From: Gammaproteobacteria bacterium
GTDB lineage: Bacteria > Pseudomonadota > Gammaproteobacteria > Pseudomonadales > CAMLJR01
Direction: 5' to 3'
Assembly (NCBI GenBank): GCA_050485745.1
Contig: JBJHBY010000004.1
Location: 1-38,244 of the forward strand
Length of the DNA stretch: 38,244 nucleotides
In this document: positions 1-7,925 of the stretch, one piece after another
How positions within the stretch are numbered: the stretch's first letter is position 1
Layout of the letters: each line of letters starts with the position of its first letter
Made by a program: the position numbers and the translations under genes
The notes under the pieces: generated by a model
Database searches by the model: none
What the model was told of the DNA's origin: nothing
What the model saw: the letters and a program-made list of their open reading frames with translations, nothing else

Positions 1-194
1 GGGCGTCGTTGCAACGCTCGTCAAGGAGAGCAAACCCTTGACCTTCGCGCTGCGCCTCGCCAGTGTACGCCAGAGGCTCCGCTGAGCCATTGCCGAATTG
101 ATCAGAGGTGCCTTTGCACCGGTCGGACCGGCTGACTACTCAGTATAGTGCACGTCCGGCACTTGTCCCTGCGCAGGAAAATCTTCCTCCGGGC

Positions 195-230
195 TTGACC
201 TTTGCGCGGGTGATTCTTAGAATGCGCGCC
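195..230 (+). promoter_or_regulatory. sigma70 promoter of the tRNA operon with GC-rich discriminator
   Basis: TTGACC (195-200), 17-nt spacer, TAGAAT (218-223), then GCGCGCC; typical stable-RNA promoter layout about 40 nt upstream of tRNA-Glu. Confidence 0.85.
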
Positions 231-269
231 ACTTCAATGGTGCAGTCCAGCGCACCCGGAGTGCTCGGC

Positions 270-345
270 GTCCCCTTCGTCTAGTGGCCTAGGACACCGC
301 CCTTTCACGGCGGGAACAGGGGTTCGAGTCCCCTAGGGGACGCCA
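270..345 (+). tRNA. tRNA-Glu (anticodon TTC)
   Basis: 76 nt GTCCCCTTCGTCTAGTGG...; anticodon arm CCGCC-CTTTCAC-GGCGG; T loop GGTTCGAGTCC; encoded 3' CCA. Confidence 0.98.
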
Positions 346-354
346 CTATTTCAT

Positions 355-432
355 GCGGGAGCGGCCCTGTTTGTGCAGGGCGTCAACCTTGACGAGGTTG
401 AGGCGGGGCGCGCAGCCTCGCGAGTTCTCGCG
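355..432 (+). ncRNA. tRNA-like cloverleaf related to tRNA-Gly (pseudo-tRNA or novel ncRNA), GAC triplet at the anticodon position
   Basis: Folds by eye into 4 stems: 355-362/424-431, 364-369/376-381, 383-388/396-401 (7-nt loop TTGACGA), 403-409/415-421; shares GCGGGA, CAACCTTG..GGTTGAGG and TCGCGAGTTC with the adjacent tRNA-Gly; lacks TTC T-loop, D-loop GG and CCA. Confidence 0.55.
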
Positions 433-463
433 ACCTCCCCGGAGGTCGAATGTCAGGTTTCAT

Positions 464-539
464 GCGGGAATAGCTCAGTTGGTAGAGCGCAACCTTGCCA
501 AGGTTGAGGTCGCGAGTTCGAATCTCGTTTCCCGCTCCA
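464..539 (+). tRNA. tRNA-Gly (anticodon GCC)
   Basis: 76 nt GCGGGAATAGCTCAGTTGGTAGAGC...; anticodon arm CAACC-TTGCCAA-GGTTG; GTTCGAATC; 3' TCCA. Confidence 0.98.
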
Positions 540-549
540 TATCCAGGTC

Positions 550-580
550 ACACGGCCCCGCCTCCACAGGGCCGTGTTGT
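550..580 (+). terminator. possible terminator/processing hairpin after tRNA-Gly
   Basis: ACACGGCCC (550-558) / GGGCCGTGT (569-577) 9-bp inverted repeat; U-tract is weak. Confidence 0.4.
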
Positions 581-706
581 CCCAAGCCCCCCCCCAGCCC
601 CTTGTCTACCCGTCCCGTTGTATTCTACAGTGCCTGATTTTCCATCCCGCTCCTGCCCGCAAACGGTCGGTGCAGTGGGCCGTACCCTGATACAAGTGGG
701 AGATGC

Positions 707-1636
707 ATGAGCGCGGCGCTGTCGATCAGCAAGCTGACCAAGGTCTATGACAATGGTTTCCAGGCCCTGAAGGGCATCGACCTTGAGGTGCCGGAGGGTG
801 ACTTCTTCGCCCTGCTGGGCCCCAACGGCGCTGGCAAGTCCACCACCATCGGCGTTATCTGCTCCCTGGTGCGCAAGAGCAGTGGCAGCGTCAGCGTTTT
901 TGGTCACGACATCGACCGCGACTTCGCCGCCGCCAAGCGAGAGCTCGGTATCGTGCCCCAGGAATTCAATTTCAACAACTTCGAGCGCATTTTCGATATT
1001 GTCGCCAACCAGGCCGGGTACTACGGCCTACCGCGGAAGCTGGCCCAGGAGCGCGCCGAGAAGTATTTGCGCCTGCTCGGCCTGTGGGACAAGCACAACG
1101 GCAACGCACGCATGCTCTCCGGCGGTATGAAACGGCGCCTGATGATTGCCCGCGCCCTGGTGCACGAGCCGCGCCTGCTGATCCTCGACGAGCCTACCGC
1201 AGGTGTCGACATCGAATTGCGCCGTTCGATGTGGTCGTTCCTGCAGGAGATCAACCGCAACGGCACCACCATTATCCTCACCACCCACTATCTGGAGGAA
1301 GCCGAGCAGTTGTGCCGCAACATCGCCATCATCAACCATGGCGAGATTGTCGAAAACACGGCCATGAAGTCGCTGCTCCAGACTCTGCACCAGGAGGTGT
1401 TCATCCTCGACTTGCGTGAAGCCCTGCCTGAGAGCCTGGAGCTGCCGGGTTTCGACTGGCGCGCCACGGATAGCCAGAGTATCGAGGTGGTGATCGATCG
1501 CGAGCGCGGTCTCAATCACCTGTTTGAACTGCTGCAGCAGCGTGGCCTGCAGGTGACCAGCATGCGCAACAAGGCCAATCGCCTGGAGGAACTGTTCGTG
1601 ACCCTGCTGGATCAATCGGGGAGGGCGGCGTCATGA
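707..1636 (+). CDS. yadG: ABC-2 type transporter ATP-binding protein (YadG-like)
   Basis: Walker A GPNGAGKST, signature LSGGMKRR, Walker B LILDEP, TTH switch, C-terminal RNKANRLEELF typical of YadG. Confidence 0.9.
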   Translation: MSAALSISKLTKVYDNGFQALKGIDLEVPEGDFFALLGPNGAGKSTTIGVICSLVRKSSGSVSVFGHDIDRDFAAAKRELGIVPQEFNFNNFERIFDIVANQAGYYGLPRKLAQERAEKYLRLLGLWDKHNGNARMLSGGMKRRLMIARALVHEPRLLILDEPTAGVDIELRRSMWSFLQEINRNGTTIILTTHYLEEAEQLCRNIAIINHGEIVENTAMKSLLQTLHQEVFILDLREALPESLELPGFDWRATDSQSIEVVIDRERGLNHLFELLQQRGLQVTSMRNKANRLEELFVTLLDQSGRAAS

Positions 1637-2409
1637 TTCACTGGCAGGAGCAGAGCATTGCCTTCCGTACCATCGTGCGCAAGGAGATCCGGCGCTTTCT
1701 GCGGATCTGGCCGCAGACCCTGTTGCCCTCCGCAATTACCATGACCCTCTACTTTATCATCTTCGGCAACCTCATCGGTTCACGCATCGGTGAGATGGGC
1801 GGCTTCCGCTACATGGAATTCGTGGTGCCTGGCCTGATCATGATGGCGGTTATCACCAACTCCTACGCCAATGTGGTGTCGTCCTTCTTCGGGGCCAAAT
1901 TCCAGCGCTTCATTGAGGAAATGCTGGTCGCCCCGGTATCCCATCACACCATTCTGCTCGGCTTCGTGGTCGGGGGCATGACGCGCGCGCTGCTGGTGGG
2001 GCTGGTGGTAACGCTGCTGTCCCTGTTCTTCACCCGCCTGCACATCCACAACCTGGGGGTGACGGTGGGGATCCTGATGATGACCGCCCTGCTGTTTTCG
2101 CTCGGAGGCTTTATCAACGCGGTGTTCGCCAATAATTTTGACGATGTGTCGATCGTGCCGACGTTCATTCTCACGCCGCTGACCTACCTGGGGGGGGTGT
2201 TCTACTCCATTGATCTGCTATCGCCATTCTGGGCAGGTCTGTCCCAGCTCAACCCCATGCTGTATATCGTCAACGCCTTTCGCTACGGCGTGCTCGGGGT
2301 GTCCGACGTGAACGTTGTATGGGCCTTTGTGATGGTGACGAGCTTCACGGTCGTCGCCTATATCTATTGCCTGCATCTGCTGGCGACCGGAAAACGCCTG
2401 CGTCAATAG
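1633..2409 (+). CDS. yadH: ABC-2 type transporter permease (YadH-like)
   Basis: KEIRRFLRIWPQTL, PGLIMMAVITNSY, TPLTYLGGVFYS; about 6 hydrophobic segments; ATGA overlap with the ATPase gene. Confidence 0.9.
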   Translation: MIHWQEQSIAFRTIVRKEIRRFLRIWPQTLLPSAITMTLYFIIFGNLIGSRIGEMGGFRYMEFVVPGLIMMAVITNSYANVVSSFFGAKFQRFIEEMLVAPVSHHTILLGFVVGGMTRALLVGLVVTLLSLFFTRLHIHNLGVTVGILMMTALLFSLGGFINAVFANNFDDVSIVPTFILTPLTYLGGVFYSIDLLSPFWAGLSQLNPMLYIVNAFRYGVLGVSDVNVVWAFVMVTSFTVVAYIYCLHLLATGKRLRQ

Positions 2410-2434
2410 CGGCCCGCCAGGGCGCCGGAGGACC

Positions 2435-3259
2435 ATGACGATGACCCACGACGACCTTCCCCTGGGCCGGCAGGTCGACTGGCCGGAGCGCTACGCCCCC
2501 GAGCTGCTGGCGCCGATTCCGCGACGTGGCCCCGGTCGGGATGATGCCGGGCGCCCTCAATCGTTTACCGGCTTCGATCTGTGGCAGGCCTGGGAGTTGT
2601 CCTGGCTCAATCCCGCAGGTCGGCCCGAGGCTGCGTTGGGGCGCTTCGTCGTGCCCTGCGAGTCCCCGGCCATGATCGAATCCAAATCCCTGAAGCTCTA
2701 CCTGAACAGTCTCAATCAGCATCGCTTTGAAAGTATCGAGGCGGTGCGCAGCTGCATTGCCACGGACCTGGAGCGTTGCGCCGGTACTCCGGTACGAGTG
2801 CAGTTGCTGGCGCCGCGGCAGTGGCAGACCTTGGCGCCTGGTCAGCCGCGGGGTGACTGCCTGGACAGTCTGGAGGTCAGCATTGACCGGTACCATCCCG
2901 ATGCGGGCCTGTTGGAGCTTGAGGGCGGGTCCGAGCAGGCACAGTGCTATCACTCGCATCTGTTGCGCTCGCTGTGCCCGGTCACCGGGCAGCCGGACTG
3001 GGGCAGCCTGGAGGTGCGCTGGCATGGTCCGCGGCTGGCGCCGACGTCCCTGCTGCGCTATATCGTGTCCTATCGCCAGCATCAGGGCTTTCACGAGCAG
3101 TGCGTGGAGCGCATCTTCTCTGACTTGTACGCTCTGTGCCAACCCCGCGAATTGACGGTCAGTGCCTGGTACCTGCGCCGTGGCGGGCTCGACATCAATC
3201 CGGTGCGCAGTACCCATGCATCGAACAGTGATGGACTGCCGCGCCTGCTGCGCCAGTGA
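2435..3259 (+). CDS. queF: NADPH-dependent 7-cyano-7-deazaguanine reductase (bimodular QueF)
   Basis: ESKSLKLYLNS QueF motif, catalytic CPVTGQPDWG, FHEQCVE, RRGGLDINP; GGAGG RBS. Confidence 0.95.
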   Translation: MTMTHDDLPLGRQVDWPERYAPELLAPIPRRGPGRDDAGRPQSFTGFDLWQAWELSWLNPAGRPEAALGRFVVPCESPAMIESKSLKLYLNSLNQHRFESIEAVRSCIATDLERCAGTPVRVQLLAPRQWQTLAPGQPRGDCLDSLEVSIDRYHPDAGLLELEGGSEQAQCYHSHLLRSLCPVTGQPDWGSLEVRWHGPRLAPTSLLRYIVSYRQHQGFHEQCVERIFSDLYALCQPRELTVSAWYLRRGGLDINPVRSTHASNSDGLPRLLRQ

Positions 3260-3268
3260 GGAGCCGTT

Positions 3269-4012
3269 GTGGACAAGAAGACCTACCAGCGCCGACTCGA
3301 GAAGCTGCAATCTGAACTGAACGTGTTGCAGCAGTCTCTGGTGCGCAGTGGTGGACGCGCAGTGATTGTGCTCGAAGGCTGGGATGCAGCCGGAAAGGGC
3401 GGGATCGTGCGACGCATGGCCTGGTGTCTGGACCCGCGCGGCTTCAAGGTTTGGTCCATCGGTGCGCCGGATGTCCACGAGCAGGGGGAACACTGGCTGA
3501 AGCGCTTCTGGAGCCGCGTGCCCCGGTCCGGCGAAATCGCTGCCTTCGACCGTTCCTGGTACGGCCGGGTGCTGGTGGAACGGGTTGAGGGCTTCGCCAC
3601 GTCTGCTGCGTGGCAGCGTGCCTACGACGAGATCCGCCAGTTTGAGGCCAGCCTGCTCGCCGAGGATTATCGCATTGCCAAGCTGTTTCTGGACATTTCC
3701 GCCGAGACCCAGTTGCAGCGTTTTCGCGAGCGTTATGACGACCCGCACAAGCGCTGGAAGCTCACCCCGGAAGACCTGCGCAATCGCCGTCGACACGCCG
3801 ATTACGAAGCCGCCTATGCGGAGATGCTGGAGCATACCAGCCAGCCCGGAGCCCGCTGGCAGCGCATCGCCGCCGACGACAAGCGCGCCGCGCGCATAGC
3901 CTGTTTCGAACATATTCTCTCCGCACTTGGAGACGGCCTTCTGCTCGAGCCCTCACAGCCAGAGGCGGAAATCGTCGAGTATTTCGAGCGAGGAGAGGGA
4001 GCGAAGCGTTGA
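3269..4012 (+). CDS. ppk2: polyphosphate kinase 2 family protein (single domain)
   Basis: EGWDAAGKGG P-loop, LDPRG, FDRSWYGRVLVERVEG, KRWKLTPED; GTG start with GAGGAG RBS. Confidence 0.9.
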   Translation: MDKKTYQRRLEKLQSELNVLQQSLVRSGGRAVIVLEGWDAAGKGGIVRRMAWCLDPRGFKVWSIGAPDVHEQGEHWLKRFWSRVPRSGEIAAFDRSWYGRVLVERVEGFATSAAWQRAYDEIRQFEASLLAEDYRIAKLFLDISAETQLQRFRERYDDPHKRWKLTPEDLRNRRRHADYEAAYAEMLEHTSQPGARWQRIAADDKRAARIACFEHILSALGDGLLLEPSQPEAEIVEYFERGEGAKR

Positions 4013-4031
4013 GGAGAGGGAGCGAAGCATT
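3990..4031 (+). repeat. 21-bp tandem duplication spanning the ppk2 stop codon
   Basis: GAGGAGAGGGAGCGAAGCGTT then GAGGAGAGGGAGCGAAGCATT (20/21 identical). Confidence 0.85.
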
Positions 4032-4061
4032 GATGCAGCGATCACCAACCGGAGAAGCCGC

Positions 4062-5324
4062 ATGTCGATGACCACCCTGGCCCTGATTGTGGTTGCGGAG
4101 CTGGCACTGTTGCTGCTGGGGGTCTGTATTTTCCTGTTGTTTCACCTGCGCCGCCTGCGTCGCCGGATGCACTCGCAAGGCACCGACGCACCGTTGCGCG
4201 GTGACGAGGCAGCCGTCGCGCCCGCGCCGGTTCCGGATTCAGCTCAGGATGAGAGTGAGCAATGGCTGGATGCACTGGATGCCCGGCTGGATGCGACCCG
4301 GGATCATCATCTTTCACTGCGGCCCGATCGCGACATCGTTCTTGACCTGACCGCGGACAGTGACCCGGAGCGGCGGGTTGCCAGCTTGCGCCACGCCTTT
4401 CTGGTGGCGGAGAAGGAAGCGGCTTTGATGGCCGATGGCGAGCCGGTCAGCTGGTCGATGCTGAACACCAAGCTCGGGCAACTGCTCGCCTTTATCGAGG
4501 AGGCGGCCCAGGCCTCTTCGGCAGCGACTCCGCAGAGCCAGGCAGACGATGATTCTGCCGCGGGCGACGGTGATATCGATGTCCTGCGCCAGGCCTGGAC
4601 GCGCGCCCGGGAGCAGGCGGAACGCGATTATCACGCCTTGCTCGAGCACCTGCAGGCCATGGAGGGCAGCGAGGTTCTGCAGCAGTGGCTGAGCGACTAC
4701 GACCAGCGCCATCAGCGCTTTGGCGAACAACTGCAGTCAGGCGCGGCCGCGGCCGATGATACCCCTCCACCTCCAGTATCTGTGGACACCGGCGAGCCAC
4801 GTATGGGGCAGCGCCTGCTGCAGCAACAGGAGGAAATCCGGCGCCTGCACAACATGGCGGCTGATCAATTCCGCGAGATCGACGGCCTGCGCAAGCGCCT
4901 GGAAGCCTTGGACGACGCGGATGAGGAAGAGCGCAGCGCGATGACCGTGGAGCTGACCACGCAACTGGAGCAACTGTCTCGCTACCTGAAGGAGTCCGAG
5001 ACCTGTACCACGCTGCTGGAAGAAGAACTCAGTCGCGCCGCAGAGGAAAACAGGCGCATGGAGACCGAGCTGCGCGGCTTGATGGACAAGGTTTCCGGGT
5101 TGTCCTCGGCGGATGTGGAGCAGTTGCAGGATCTGGTTGCCGCATTGACCGAGGAGGGGCGCCGCCTGCTGCAGACTGTCGGCACCCTGGCGGAGGACAA
5201 CAGCGCCCTGCGTGCAAAGGTCGACGCGGACGTAGCCGATGCTGACGAGTCTGCACCGCGTGAGTCGGGTGACGACCTGCTCGACATGGAGCTGCTGGAC
5301 GTCGACCCGCCATCGCGTAACTGA
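4062..5324 (+). CDS. membrane-anchored acidic coiled-coil protein, function unknown
   Basis: ATG at 4062 after GGAG; N-terminal hydrophobic helix followed by RRLRRR; long E/Q/L heptad-rich C-terminal half; host-like codon usage. Confidence 0.75.
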   Translation: MSMTTLALIVVAELALLLLGVCIFLLFHLRRLRRRMHSQGTDAPLRGDEAAVAPAPVPDSAQDESEQWLDALDARLDATRDHHLSLRPDRDIVLDLTADSDPERRVASLRHAFLVAEKEAALMADGEPVSWSMLNTKLGQLLAFIEEAAQASSAATPQSQADDDSAAGDGDIDVLRQAWTRAREQAERDYHALLEHLQAMEGSEVLQQWLSDYDQRHQRFGEQLQSGAAAADDTPPPPVSVDTGEPRMGQRLLQQQEEIRRLHNMAADQFREIDGLRKRLEALDDADEEERSAMTVELTTQLEQLSRYLKESETCTTLLEEELSRAAEENRRMETELRGLMDKVSGLSSADVEQLQDLVAALTEEGRRLLQTVGTLAEDNSALRAKVDADVADADESAPRESGDDLLDMELLDVDPPSRN

Positions 5325-5333
5325 GCCCGTGTC

Positions 5334-6686
5334 TTATCCCGCTGGCACCGTCAGGATCGCCGTGGCGATGGAGAAGTAGATCAGGATGCCGCAGATATCC
5401 GCGATCGAGGTGATCAGCGGGGCACTGGCGGTGGCCGGATCGAACTTCATTCGGGTGAGCACGAAGGGCAGGAGCATGCCGATCATGCTGCCGACCACCA
5501 CCACCAGCACCATGGCGAGTGACACCACCATCGCAACCTCGGTACCGCCACGCCACAGGCCCAGGCCCCATACCGCCGCCCCCATGGTCAGGCCGAGGCC
5601 GGTGGCCACGCCAAGCTCCTTGCCCCAGAGCTTGAGCCAGTCGCGCGTTTCCACGTCGCCGGTGGCCAGGGCGCGCACCATCAGCGTTGCCGCCTGGGAA
5701 CCGGCGTTGCCGCCGGAGTCGACGATCAGTGGCAGGAAGAAAACCAAAGCGATGACGGCCTCGATGGTCTCCTCAAAATAGGCAATGCCGGCGCCGCCGA
5801 AGATGTTCATGAACACCAGCAATACCAGCCAGCCCACGCGCTTGCGATACAGCAACGAGGGCCGGGCGTCGCGCAGGCTCAGGTTGATGGCCTCCATACC
5901 ACCCAGCTTGTGGAAGTCCTCGGTGTTCTCTTCTTCCACCACATCCATCACGTCGTCGACGGTGACTACACCCAGAAGCATGCCCTGACGGTCGACGACC
6001 GGCAGCGCAGTGATGTCGTAGTGCTGGATCAGGTCCACCGCCTCGGTACGGTCCTCCCCCGCCTGCACGCTGACTACTGTGCCGGAAAGCAGGCTTTCGA
6101 CGGTCTCCTCGGGAGCCAGCATCACCAGGCGCTTGAGGCTGACCGTGCCCAGCAGATGGCCGCGGTGGTCGCACACGTACAGGGTGTTGATGTTTTCTTC
6201 CGGTTCCCCGTGACGGCGCACATGGGCCAGGGCCTGGGCCAGGGTCCATTCCGGGCGCACCGCGACGAAGCGTGTAGTCATCAGGCGGCCGACACTGTTC
6301 TCGGGATAACCGAGCAGTTTCAGCGCCATCTTCATATCGTTGGTGGAGAGCAGGCGCAGCAGTTTTTCCAGTTGTTCCTGATCGACCGATTCCAGCAAGG
6401 CAGTGCGGTCATCGGGCAACAGCTCGGCAAGCAGTGCACGACCACTGGCGTCGTCCAGGGCGTCGAGCAGATCCGACTGGTTGGCCAGGTCCAGATAGGC
6501 AAACACATCGGAACGCTCGTCCTCGGGCAGCTGCCGGAAGGCCTGCTGCAAGTGCTCCAGCTCGAGCTCGTCAAGGACGCTGGCAATGTCCTGCACGTGC
6601 ATCCGGGCATAGTGCTCCGGCAGTTGTTCCCAGGCCTCGCGCTGGATCAGGTCGAGCAACAGTTGGGTTTCGGGCTTCATTTCCAT
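5334..6686 (-). CDS. mgtE: magnesium transporter MgtE
   Basis: N domain, two CBS domains (GRLMTT; LPVVD...LLGVVTVDD), 5 TM helices with GGNAGSQ and DPATASAPLITSIAD (conserved Asp); start moved to ATG 6686 after an AGGGGG RBS. Confidence 0.95.
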   Translation of the reverse strand: MEMKPETQLLLDLIQREAWEQLPEHYARMHVQDIASVLDELELEHLQQAFRQLPEDERSDVFAYLDLANQSDLLDALDDASGRALLAELLPDDRTALLESVDQEQLEKLLRLLSTNDMKMALKLLGYPENSVGRLMTTRFVAVRPEWTLAQALAHVRRHGEPEENINTLYVCDHRGHLLGTVSLKRLVMLAPEETVESLLSGTVVSVQAGEDRTEAVDLIQHYDITALPVVDRQGMLLGVVTVDDVMDVVEEENTEDFHKLGGMEAINLSLRDARPSLLYRKRVGWLVLLVFMNIFGGAGIAYFEETIEAVIALVFFLPLIVDSGGNAGSQAATLMVRALATGDVETRDWLKLWGKELGVATGLGLTMGAAVWGLGLWRGGTEVAMVVSLAMVLVVVVGSMIGMLLPFVLTRMKFDPATASAPLITSIADICGILIYFSIATAILTVPAG

Positions 6687-6777
6687 GGGTCTTTCCCCCT
6701 TTTTCGGACATGCGCGGCCCGCCACGTTAGTCTGTCATGCGCTGATGACAGATCATCGGTGGCCGGCACAGGGGTGA

Positions 6778-7467
6778 TCAGAAGGCGACAGCGAATCCGA
6801 GGGTCGCGGCATTGTCGCTGTGGCTGCTGAAGCGGCGTTGCCAGGCAACGTCGATCAGCAGGGCGTCGAAGGCGAAGCGCAGGCCGGCCTGTACGCGGGT
6901 GCTGCCGCGGTGATCGCCCCAGGTCTCCGCCACCAGGTGCAGCGGCCCCTCGACGGCGTATTCCAGCGCGGCACCCCAGATCACGGCGTTACGATCGTCC
7001 CTGGCCCAGGCCCAGCCCAGGTTGTAGTGGCTGGTGAGGCGCTCACTGTGGGGAATGCTCAGGGGCACATAGAGCTCGACGTCGTCGACGCGCTTGCTGT
7101 CGTCATTCCAGATGGCCGCTGCGGCCAGGCCCATGCCGAAACCGTGATCATCCTGGGTGCGCCAAAGGGTCTTGCCTTCCAGGGCAACCTCGGTATGGGT
7201 GTCGCCACCCTCCTGGACGCGGCTCAGCCCCAGGCCCAGGTCGAACTGCCCGGTGGGATTGCAGGTGGGGAGTACCGTGAACTCGTTATTGTTGCCGTTG
7301 AAGTGGGTGTACCAGGTTTCCACCTCACAACGGCCGGCGTCGACCAGCGCGGCGTCGTCGACGGCAAAGTGGCCGCCCAGTGCGAGGGCCTGGCTGCTGC
7401 CGATGAGCAGGCCGGTGGCCAGCCAGGGCTTGAGGGTCTGGTGCTTGCGAATCAGTGTATACAGCAT
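6778..7467 (-). CDS. exported protein, probable outer-membrane beta-barrel
   Basis: signal peptide (LLIGSSQALA), alternating hydrophobic/aromatic beta-strand pattern, C-terminal Phe (LGFAVAF); GGAG RBS; 91 nt upstream of mgtE on the same strand. Confidence 0.7.
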   Translation of the reverse strand: MLYTLIRKHQTLKPWLATGLLIGSSQALALGGHFAVDDAALVDAGRCEVETWYTHFNGNNNEFTVLPTCNPTGQFDLGLGLSRVQEGGDTHTEVALEGKTLWRTQDDHGFGMGLAAAAIWNDDSKRVDDVELYVPLSIPHSERLTSHYNLGWAWARDDRNAVIWGAALEYAVEGPLHLVAETWGDHRGSTRVQAGLRFAFDALLIDVAWQRRFSSHSDNAATLGFAVAF

Positions 7468-7694
7468 GGTGCTTGCTCCGTGTCTTGAATGGTTTCTCGC
7501 GCCATCGCTTCGCAGCGGGGCGCGGGTTCAAAAAACGGATACCTGATCGGAGGTGCCAGCATTCATCATCGCAAATGCCTGAGCATGATGCGGCTCGAAG
7601 AGACTGGCTGTTGAGGTTCCGGTTGGGCATCCCGCATTCGTCACGGGAGCCGACCGCTGGCTGATCGCGATTGATCAGCGGAGGAACGGAGGGC

Positions 7695-7751
7695 TTACCG
7701 CGCGAAGGCCGTGCTGACAGTGTTGGTCAGGCAACAACTGCAGGGTTCCAT
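7695..7751 (-). CDS. putative 18-aa leader peptide MEPCSCCLTNTVSTAFAR (MgtL-like position)
   Basis: GGAGGA RBS 9 nt before ATG, just downstream of a near-consensus promoter and about 230 nt upstream of the barrel-mgtE genes; MEP start and F-x-R end recall MgtL. Confidence 0.6.
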   Translation of the reverse strand: MEPCSCCLTNTVSTAFAR

Positions 7752-7785
7752 CGAGGGTGGTCCTCCATTGCTTGAGTCGGCGGCG

Positions 7786-7813
7786 ATTTTACGTACACGG
7801 GTCAGCATGTCAA
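7786..7813 (-). promoter_or_regulatory. sigma70 promoter for leader / barrel / mgtE unit
   Basis: minus strand TTGACA (7813-7808), 16-nt spacer, TAAAAT (7791-7786). Confidence 0.7.
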
Positions 7814-7925
7814 CCTTTTGGGTCTTTGTCGTGGTCGGGCATTGCAGTGCATGCTTGCAGCGGTGACGATCGCGCTGCGTTGACTTCAATTCCATTAATT
7901 CCATTCCTGTATGCGGGAGAACACC

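Noticed and set aside
1-90. Possible minus-strand ORF start MAQRSLWRTLARR... running off the left edge
   Set aside because: Only 30 codons visible, no recognisable motif or clear RBS
640-656. TCCCGCTCC matching the tRNA-Gly 3' end as a possible att site
   Set aside because: Only 9 bp, no integrase nearby, and housekeeping genes follow directly
353-907. ORFs 353..637, 495..710 and 548..907
   Set aside because: They overlap tRNA-Gly, its spacer or yadG antisense; no protein-like features
2345-3913. 522-aa minus-strand ORF
   Set aside because: Antisense shadow of queF and ppk2, common in GC-rich DNA
7468-7790. M-box (ykoK) riboswitch upstream of mgtE
   Set aside because: I could not find the conserved M-box sequence blocks by eye; the leader-peptide reading fits better (cmscan would settle it)
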